Part shown: piece by piece, positions 54,680 to 64,000 of the stretch
Numbering within the stretch: position 1 is the stretch's first letter
Layout of the letters: every line of letters begins with the position of its first letter
NCBI GenBank assembly: GCA_951406725.2
Contig: OX597825.1
Span: 30,194,001-30,258,000 of the forward strand
Direction: 5' to 3'
Origin: Octopus vulgaris
Taxonomy: Eukaryota
Length of the DNA: 64,000 nt
Translations under genes and position numbers: made by a program
The notes under the pieces: model-generated
Told to the model about the DNA's origin: nothing
The model's database searches: none
Seen by the model: only the letters and a program-made list of their open reading frames with translations

Positions 54680-54985
54680 AGACCAATGCCTTGTGAGTGG
54701 ATTTGGTAGACGGAAACTGAAAGAAGCCTGTTGTATATATGTATGTATATATATGTGTGTGTTTGTGTGTCTGTGTTTGTCCCCCTAGCATTGCTTGACA
54801 ACCAATGCTGGTGTGTTTACGTCCCCGTCACTTAACAGTTCGGCAAAAAAGAGACCGATAGAATAAGTACTGGGCTTACAAAGAATAAGTCCCGGGGTCG
54901 ATTTGCTTGACTAAAGGCGGTGCTCCAGCATGGTCGCAGTCAAATGACTGAAACAAGTAAAAGAGTAAAAGAGTAAAAAAGAGTT
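54680..54985 (+). mobile_element. SINE family A, 5'-truncated
   Basis: gccttgtgagtggatttggtag...gtaaaagag tail. Confidence 0.88.
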
Positions 54986-56796
54986 CACTGCCCTTTGAGT
55001 TGCTTTTGCCCTGCAGCATGACCATCAAAAACCACACTCCTTTGTAGGGTTTCCTACAAGCTTTGTAGGGTTGCCATTTTAGTCACTAACAGCCTGGTCA
55101 TTTGACAGGTTGTACAGGCTTTCACGTTATCCATAGCACTAAGAACGACCTCACACAATATATGAATATACATATTGCATACATAGTTACATACTTACTT
55201 TTACATATCACCTGTACCAACTTAAACATCATAGCGACAACAACACCTCATGCAAAGGCCTATATTTGAAGAACATTTATGATAGAAACCACCAATGAAA
55301 CAAGTTTATGTGTACCTAAATTTGCAGATGTAGGCAATCCACAAAAGAAAGTATCTATGTAAACAAGTTTTCAAATTTATGATAATTGCATAATGTAATT
55401 AATTTCTGCAATTTTCACACACGTTACATTACAATATACATGATAACTGTATATTACTGGCTCATGACACCAAGCTTTCTTCAAAGACAAATCGTTCGTT
55501 TTTGTTTTTCTGTATATTTTATTTGATTGGTATCAAAAAACATCTGATTATACAGAAATGGTCTTATTTATTTTATACTTTATAAATTCTAATTAAATCT
55601 AGACAGTATAATTTCTATTCTAATTTCTGATTGTAATATTCCTGATATAAATGTCACACGCTTTACAAAGATTAAAAAGATTTCATTTACTTTTTATCAT
55701 TTTATTTTATTTTGTATATTTTTGTGTGTGTGATTATTATTGTTTCTTCAGATTTTCGGAATGAATCCTTTAATTATAAAATTCAAGCATGAATTTAGCA
55801 AAAATTTAAACAATAATATTTCAATTCTTCTAATTAACTGATAAAACCAAAGCAAAAAAAAAAAAAAAAAAAAGAAAGAAAAATATTACAAGCAAAAGCA
55901 TAAATTTAGTTGCTTGTATTTATGTGAAAATCCAGATGAATTTTAATGCCTAACTGGTTATTCAATCTGAAATGATATAAAAATTAAAATGCGTAAAAAC
56001 TTAACATTGTTTGGAGACTCTTTGATAATTTCCATATTCGAGAATATTCCAACTCAATCGATGTAAAATATAGCAAAAAGGATCAAACTGAAGTGGAATG
56101 AAAAAAAATTATAATGTTTCAATAAAAGAACAGTGAAAAGATCAATATTTCTTCATATATTTCTCTGACTTTTCGAATGAATGAAAGGTGTGGTGAACTC
56201 GCTAGATTACTAAAAGCTAAATCTTTCACACAATGACAAAGATCAATAAGACTAGTGTTTATCTCTGTCTTTCTGAAGATGAAATATATACGAGTAAAAG
56301 TTAAATCTCGGCCATGAATATGGCAGTGAGATTACTACAGGTAGATTTTTTTTTTTATCATCTAAGGAACAGAATTTGATATTTGAAGTTAACAAATGCA
56401 CAATAATTCCATATGGCTGCCAATGCCCACAGCAGTAAGTTATACTATTTGTGGTACCTACTTAAACCCCATACACTTAAGCTGCTAGAAACAGCAGACA
56501 AATCTCCCTCCAACCTCCAAACAAAGCCTTTTTTTTTTATGTACCATGCCTGCAGATCAGTAAACAAGAGCCTCTGAATCTGTCCCCCAACATATTTTAA
56601 CTAGTTGTTGCTCTTTCCATAATTGGCTGGTAAGTCATTCAGCTAGTTTCTCTCTCTCTCTGTTTTTCCTGGTTTCTTCTTCCTTTCAGTTTTTCACTTA
56701 TCATCAAGTGTTCAAAGCTTTGTCTTTTCATCTGATCTCCAATCACCTTAGCCTGTTGCTTCCTTATGTTCATTGATTTCCTATTTCATTGATTTC

Positions 56797-57014
56797 CACA
56801 GGGGGCTAAACACAGAGAGGACAAACAAGGACAGACAAACAGATTAAGTCGATTATATCGACCCCAGTACGTTACTGGTACTTAATTTATCGACCCTGAC
56901 AGGATGAAAGGTAAAGTCGACCTTGGTGGAATTTGAACTCAGAACATAATGGCAGATGAAACACCATTAAGCATTTTGCCCAGCATGCTAAAGTTTCTGC
57001 CAGCTTGCCGCCTT
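56797..57014 (-). mobile_element. SINE family B
   Basis: Homologous to 6640-6877; flanking duplication atgttcattgatttc. Confidence 0.87.
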
Positions 57015-57739
57015 AATTCAATGTTCATTGATTTCTATTCATCTTTGGACATCTTCCATGTTGGTTTGAGGAACTATATTTCTGTAGCATCATAAGGCTG
57101 CAAAGACCTTGCATTTGTTAGTTGATGTTTCAGCTCATGCAATCATAGGGAAGGGTGGGTTCTTCTCTGTATTCCCTGGGGCACTTTTCCTCTCCTCCCT
57201 CTTAATGATAGCCTATGTCTAACAGCATATGTTTTGTGTTACCAAAAGCATCCCTGGTTTCTCCAGTCCTTGAATTAATTTCTCCTCCACCAGTCACTCT
57301 TTTGATATTTTTCTCAATCAAGAATGGGAACTTTGAGAGCAAGTCAATACCTTCTCATGACTGCATAAACAATTTGAAAAAGCATGGAACAAACTAACAG
57401 GTCATACTCACTTGTGAGAGATGGAACAATTGCTAAAGCAGAGGACAGATGATAACATTAAAGTTTTGGAACCATCTTTATTAATAGACAGGGAAAGAGA
57501 AATCATATAAGATCTCAAAAAATACGGAAAAATACCTTGAATTAATGTAGAGCAAGAAAAATTCGGGAACAACAAGAGCAACAATTTGTAGGTAGGCAGA
57601 TTCAACTGTTGAGAATTATGTATCTTTTCAATTGGTATCTTTTCTATAGGCCTTCAAGTTATGGTGATGGGCTCATGGTCCTAAAATCATTCATTAAATT
57701 CCTGGACTGGTGTGTTGCTATCTCCATGTTGTCATTGTT

Positions 57740-58000
57740 GTTTGTTCCTTCTCGAGCCACACTTGGCTCATAGGGCTGGTTTCCCGGTTTCCTTGGCTGG
57801 GACACCAGTCCGTCACAGGTGAGCTGCAAGATGCAGGAGGAAAGAGTGAGAGAAAGTTGTGGCGAAAGGGTCAGCAGAAGTCTGCCATTACCTTCTGCCG
57901 GAGCCACGTGGAGCTTAGATGTTTCACTCATCAACACACACATCACCCGGTCTGAGATTCAAACCCACAATCCTTCGACCATGAGTCCACTGCTCTAACC
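57740..58000 (-). mobile_element. SINE family C
   Basis: Reverse complement of 2730-3006. Confidence 0.85.
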
Positions 58001-58439
58001 TATCTCCATGTAAGACACATAATTTCCCACAGCTGAAAAAGTAAGCCAGCTGACTGTTAGTGCTGTCTCCCTCTTTCTTTGAGCTGTCACATCCTCAATA
58101 TTCAATTGGCTCCAGAGATAGAAAGGCTGAGAAGGCATCTGTTTCTGCTTGTGACCACAAAGGCACTTAAAGCAATCAGTGAAGCATAATACTAGTTCTT
58201 GGGTCATATTCACTAGTAAGTGATGACCATGGAAGTTAAACCATAGACATAATGGCCAGTGCTAGTACATGAACTCTTACCTCCTCATCTCAGTAGCAGT
58301 CCTTATTCTCCTAATTATATTGGATGTTATATATTGGAAATAAAATCGTGGTTGCCCTTACACACAGGCAGGTCCCCTACATCCTTCTTCAGCTGAGCAA
58401 TCCTAATCTTGCAAGCTCATGGGGTTGGTTCCACATAGA

Positions 58440-58652
58440 AGTACCTGTGCTGGTCCACATAAATGCACCCATGCTGCTGCAGTGTTAAAACACCCAGTAC
58501 ACATTGTAAAGGGGTTGGCATTAGGAAGGGCATCAAGCTGTAGAAGCCATGCTAAAATAGACATGGAGTCCAGGAAACTCTTCAGCTGCCCAGCTCCTGT
58601 TTAAAGCATCCGACCCATGCCAGCATGGAAAACAGACGTTAAATAATGATGT

Positions 58653-58739
<87 letters not shown>

Positions 58740-58760
58740 TTGATGATGATGATGATGATG
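58440..58760 (+). mobile_element. SINE family D, diverged, with expanded (GAT)n tail
   Basis: ggcattaggaagggcatc domain; tail 58645-58760. Confidence 0.8.
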
Positions 58761-59501
58761 ATTTTAGTGTTGTTGTTTAGTCCCAGGTGGTGAATTAGTA
58801 GAGTTGATAGAGCATTAGATGAAACTCCTTGCTGTATTTTTTTTTTTCTAACCTCTTGCATTTTGAGTTCAAATCCTGCTGAGGTTAAACATTTATCCTT
58901 TCAGGATCAATAAACAAGACATCAGCCAATGGAGACTGACTGGTGGAATTGCTAGAGTGTCAGAAAAAGATACTGTAAAAGCATCTGTCCTGGCTCTTTG
59001 AGTCCTGAGTTCAAATCATGCTGAGGTCAAATTCCCACATTCATTTTTCAGCCTTTCGCAATCGATAAATAATCTGTCTCAAGAAGTAAATTGACAGGAT
59101 TGTTAAAGTGCCTGTCAAACAAGATGCTATTCATAATTCATTCTGACTCCCTGCATTCTGAGTTCAATTCTTGTCATAGTCTTTTCAGGTGGCATATTTA
59201 ATCTTTCATCCAATTTAATCTTACCATCTCGTTTCTGGATAACTTTAGCAGAATTCACTCTAATACGAACATTCGGATCAGGTGTGTCTGATACAAGGAC
59301 ACCTTTCTCCCACCTGTTTCAAAGGCACTGGAAATGATGAAGAAGACAGTGAATAAAAAAAAACATTGATTCTGTGATTATATATATGTTCAAATACTTT
59401 TCAGCTATTATAGTTCTGTCATTTTTTATTTCTCTCTGCAGAATATCTCTCTCAATTTGAGTAATTATCTAAGAGTCCACTTCATTTTATTGTTTATATA
59501 T

Positions 59502-59915
59502 AGGCGCAGGAGTGGATGTGTGGTAAGTAGCTTGCTTACCAACCACATGGTTCCAGGTTCATTCCTACTGTGTGACACCTTGAGTAAGTGTCTTCTGCTA
59601 TAGCCTCGGGCCAACCAAAGCCTTGTGAGTGGATTTGGCAGATGAAAACTGAAAAAGCCCGTCATATATATGTATATATATTTATATGTATATGTGTGTG
59701 TATATGTTTGTGTGTCTATGTTTATCCCCCAACATTGCTTGACAACCAATCATGGTGTGTTTATGTCCCCATAACGTAGCTGTTCAGCAAAAGAGACCGA
59801 TATAATAAGTACTAGACTTCCAAAGAGTAAGTCCTGGGGTCGATTTGCTCAACTAAAGGAGGTGCTCCAGCATGGCCGCAGTCAAATGACTGAAAGAAGT
59901 AAAAGAGTAAAAGAG
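59502..59915 (+). mobile_element. SINE family A, full length
   Basis: ggcgcaggagtgg head through gtaaaagag tail. Confidence 0.9.
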
Positions 59916-60861
59916 AGTAGAGAGTATCTGTGCAGCTGCTGTTGTTGTTTTTAACCCCAGGTTAACCCTGACTGAGAAAATATCATAAAAAATGTTCCAG
60001 CCAAGCCTACCACCAGGTTTGTATATCTAAAACCATAGCATTACCCAACATATATTTCCTTCTTTAAAATGATTAATGTACGATATGAGAGAGGTTTGGC
60101 TGCTATTTCTAGTGGGCTGAAAAAAATGCATGAAGGCTTCTTTATTAGTTTTGCTATATTAGTTGTATAAAAGCATATCTCTTTTCTGCTTTGCCTTAAT
60201 AATTTTTCCAACTTATCATAACAACAACAACAACAGCAACAACAACAACAATAATAATAACAATAACAATTTAAAAAAACCCCACATCTGTCATTTTATT
60301 GAACAAAAGAACAATCCAGAATCCTGAGAGAGAAAGGATAAACTCATTTTGAAATATTTATCATATGGTTCTTCTAATCAAACACTTCAACATCAAATTA
60401 ATTTTATAGTTTTATTTCATAACACATTTTTAATCAAAAGATTTTTATGTTGCAGAATCTATATAAAAGCTCTTTTGGGCCACTTATAGAAATATTTATT
60501 GATTCTTCATCACAGAATTCTTTATAACCATGATGCATTCCAGATCTTGTTTGGCTATCATCGAGAAAAAGCCAATTACTATAAATTAATAACTGAACTA
60601 ACATTATTTCTTTCTTTTTCTTTGTTTCTTTCTCTCTTTTCATCACTTTCTCTCTTTTCGTCATTTCCTCCCCCTTCTCTCTCTGTAATAATTACTAATT
60701 TTGGCACAGGGCCACACATTTTAAAGAACACGTTTATGTGATTGAATTGATCCAGTATATTACTGGTATTTAATTTATTGTCAGTATTAAAGCTTTCAAG
60801 TCAGAGCTGGAAATGAAGGCAGTTAAGCGCTGTTTTACCGTTTTCAATATTTATAATCGTT

Positions 60862-61080
60862 AGGGCAGTAAGCTTGTAGAATCATTAGTACACAGGGCAA
60901 AATGCTTAGCAGTATATTGTCCATCTTTACATTCTGAGATCAAATCCCACCAAGGTTGACTTTTCCTTTCATCCTTTCAGATGGAAAAAAGAAGTACCAG
61001 TAAACTATTGGGGGCGAGGTAATCGACTTAACCCACTCCCCTGAAATTGCTGGCCTTGTGTCAAAACCTGAAACCAATAT
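60862..61080 (+). mobile_element. SINE family B, older copy
   Basis: Same architecture as 33033-33250. Confidence 0.78.
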
Positions 61081-61364
61081 TTACAACCTTCTTCTATTAA
61101 AAAAAAAGAAAATACCTTTAAAAAGCAAATGATTTTATTCAGATAAATTTTAGAGGCCTGTCTCTGTCGTTATGAAACTTGATTTGTGGTCATGTGGCTT
61201 CAGGTTCAGTCCCATTGTGTGGTACTTTGGTCAGGTGTCTTTTACTATAATTCTGGGCCAACCAATGTCTTGTGAGTGAATTTGACAGATGGAAATGATT
61301 TCGAAGTCTGTCATATATATACACACAAATATATACATATACAGACATATATATATGAATTGTG

Positions 61365-61652
61365 GAGACCCCCTTCGGTCATGAATGACTGTGGGATTGC
61401 ACCTAGAATATTGCCCTCCCAGGCACAAGTCCAGGCAAGGTTGTTTATGGAAGGTCAGCAGTCGCCCATGCATACCAGCCTCCCCTCTCCACACCATTGA
61501 TGTTATCCAAGAGAAAGGCAAAGGCTGATATAGCTTGGCACCAGTGATGTTGCAACTCATTTCTACAGCTGAGTGAACTGGAGCAACATGAAATAAAGTG
61601 TCTTGCTCAACTCACAACCTGACAGTCATAAGTTCGATGCTCTAACCATTGA

Positions 61653-61657
<5 letters not shown>
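61365..61657 (-). mobile_element. SINE family E
   Basis: tRNA-like head tggctcaatggttagagc on the minus strand; ttgagcaagacactt CORE-like segment. Confidence 0.75.
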
Positions 61658-61697
<40 letters not shown>

Positions 61698-62193
61698 GTA
61701 TGTTTTCTTTCTCTTTTTAAATCTTGACCAGCCCCCTTCTTGGTAGCATGGTTGTGAAGGAAAACATGCTGTTTGGTTCATCATCCTTTAAATCTTAAGA
61801 AGGTCTAACAGATTGTTACTGTCCCAGATATCATGATCATTTGTAGTATATAAATTAAGGATTTATTTTCTCTCCCCAAGATCTATCTTGAGCACTTTGC
61901 TGTTAAAACCAATGAGATAGTAACCAATCACATGATAATGTTGTGAAATTTAATTAGATTCCAATGGACTTACCATCAGTAGACAGAAACGATCTGAGCA
62001 CTGATTAAAAATACCATCTTGATATTCACCTGTCTATTTCTGAAGGGAAATGTTCATCTGAAATGGCATTAAGGAATCCTGGTAGAATGGTGCATTCTCA
62101 ATGACTCACAAATGCAAATCGTATGCTACAGTGGTATGTTGCTACCAAGAATCCTTATAAAATGATGAAATTAATTGTTGCTTACATCGTAAA

Positions 62194-62488
62194 GTCAATA
62201 CCACCATGACCGATATCCAATCTACAGTGGAGAAGGCTAGCCACTGGATTTGGTTAAAAAGAGATGATGAGCGATAGCTAGAAGGATATTGAGCTTTATT
62301 TCTTAACCAGCTGATCTAGCAAGCGGGGCCTCATATCAGTGAGGGTGGGGCAGTGCGCATTGATGCCGTCAAGAGGTAGGCCCTGAAATGGTGCGCATTC
62401 TCTCCTGATGACCCCATACACTTGCTGGTTTCTGGTATACAGAGTTTTTGACTGGTAGCACTTGCATGTGCAAGTTGTTTGCAAGACA
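62194..62488 (+). mobile_element. HERO-like (RLE) non-LTR retrotransposon 3' end
   Basis: Translates VNTTMTDIQSTVEKASHWIWLKRDDER*, resembling the ExASxWxWLKR C-terminus, followed by a GC-richer 3' UTR. Confidence 0.6.
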
Positions 62489-63001
62489 TATAATGAAAGA
62501 TTATGTGCCAATGTGGTGCACAATCAAATGCAACTCTTCCTTGGAAAATGGGGTGTTAAATGTGTTCAGGAAGACCAAGTCTTCGAGAGAAAGGGATCAA
62601 GCGGTACAAGACATTGTAGTTCCAGTTATACAATAAAATGCTTTCTATGTGCACCCAGAAAATATTTTACTGGCCATGATAAATGATGAACAGAATGACA
62701 TTCGAGAACTAGCATAGAGGCACATATGGCAGGCTTGAACACAGTATAAAGGGAAATCTGTGCAACCTTTCAAAGTTCCTACCCTAAACTTTGCTGCCTC
62801 AAACTACATGGACATAATTAACAGGCAGGACACTATTGTTACTGAACCACCTCTAACACAGACATTTTCCAGTGAAGAACTTGATGCCTTCATTCAACAT
62901 TGGCATTTGATGCAAGTGGAAAAATTATCATGCCACACCCAAGCTGTGGAGAGATGTGTAAAACTCATGACGGAAGCATCAGCTAATGCTTCTGTCATTA
63001 T

Positions 63002-63165
63002 AGGTGCAGGAGTGGCTGTGTGGTAAGCAGCTTGCTTACCAGCCACATGGTTCCAGGTTCATTCCCACTGCGTGGCACCTTAGGCAAGTGTCTTCTTCTA
63101 TAGCCTCGGGCTGACCAAAGCCTTGTGAGTGGATTTGGTAGACAGAAACTGAAAGAAGCCTGTCG

Positions 63166-63248
<83 letters not shown>

Positions 63249-63534
63249 GTGTGTGTATGTGTGTGTGTGCAATCATGCGTGTCTGTGTCTGTGTATGTAT
63301 GTATGTTTGCGTATATGTTTGTGCGTCTGTGTTTGTCTCCTCAACATCGCTTGACAACCGATGCTGGTGTGTTTACATCCCCGTAACCTAGTGATTCTAC
63401 AAAAGAGACCAATAGAATAAGTACTAGGCTTCCAAAGAATAAGTCTTAGAATCGATTTGCTCAGCTAAAGTCGGTGTTCCAGCATGGTCGCAGTCAAATG
63501 ACTGAAACAAGTAAAAACAGAGTAAAAGAGAGTA
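63002..63534 (+). mobile_element. SINE family A with expanded internal (TA)/(TG) tract
   Basis: Colinear with the other family A copies; splits the transposase remnant. Confidence 0.9.
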
Positions 63535-63726
63535 ATGTTTGTGGTGAGAACAGTTGAGGTTGTTTCATTAGGAGTCGAGTCAAATCAAGAAAAAAAATTG
63601 TGGTATTTGAGACAAAAAGGGGACTTCAAATGCAAAGTAATACAACAATAATCAATTAGAATTTTTTTAGTTTTAGCTATTTCGAAAATAAGAAACAATT
63701 ATCATTATGTCGTTTTAAGAATTTCC

Positions 63727-64000
63727 AAAAGAGTAAAAGAGAGTAGAGAGTATCTGTGCAGCTGCTGTTGTTGTTTTTAACCCCAGGTTAACCCTGACTG
63801 AGAAAATATCATAAAAAATGTTCCAGCCAAGCCTACCACCAGGTTTGTATATCTAAAACCATAGCATTACCCAACATATATTTCCTTCTTTAAAATGATT
63901 AATGTACGATATGAGAGAGGTTTGGCTGCTATTTCTAGTGGGCTGAAAAAATGCATGAAGGATTCTTTATTAGTTTTGCTATATTGGTTGTATAAAAGCA
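63727..64000 (+). repeat. Near-identical duplicate of 59901-60175
   Basis: I see three differences (one A indel, two substitutions) over about 275 bp; continues past the window end. Confidence 0.95.

Larger units (their letters stand above)
61960..63640 (+). pseudogene. hAT-superfamily (hATm-like) transposase pseudogene, interrupted twice
   Basis: Motifs DLSTD*KY, PGRMVHSQ*LTNANRML, HPENILLAMINDE, FKVPTLNFAASNYMDII and CHTQAVERCVKLMTEAS; after the SINE, VCGENS*GCFIRSRVKSR. Confidence 0.75.

Noticed and set aside
57200-57600. LINE ORF1-like fragments (PFLIEKNIK on minus; EIIxDLKKYGKI on plus) and a 21-nt microexon candidate at about 57412-57432
   Set aside because: Too decayed and mutually conflicting to call

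Overview
AT-rich, microsatellite-saturated eukaryotic DNA with no recognisable intact protein-coding gene. It is most likely intronic or intergenic sequence of an octopus (coleoid cephalopod); this is inferred from the SINE families and the repeat landscape. Nearly all ORFs in the supplied track are translations of (TA)n/(CA)n/(TATG)n/(ATT)n repeats or SINEs. The window holds: (1) at least five tRNA-derived SINE families in many copies; (2) decayed non-LTR retrotransposon ends (CR1, RTE, RTEX-like, HERO-like, a Penelope-like GIY-YIG remnant, and three R4/Dong-like ends, two of them bounded by (TAA)n tracts); (3) MITEs (piggyBac-like, hAT-like, Merlin-like), a TIR element carrying a 122-126 bp higher-order tandem array, and a hATm-like transposase pseudogene; (4) a recent duplication with a 3826-bp offset that runs off the right edge. 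The most notable signal is a set of short non-coding elements, arranged as direct repeats or fold-backs, that carry minimal type-I hammerhead ribozyme motifs (CUGANGA-stem II-GAAA-palindrome-UH). Three have intact cores (743-795, 10935-10968, 17004-17038), which points to several Penelope-pLTR or retrozyme-like families. A few candidate short exons are visible, but neither strand nor gene can be established. Coordinates were read by eye and repeat boundaries are approximate.
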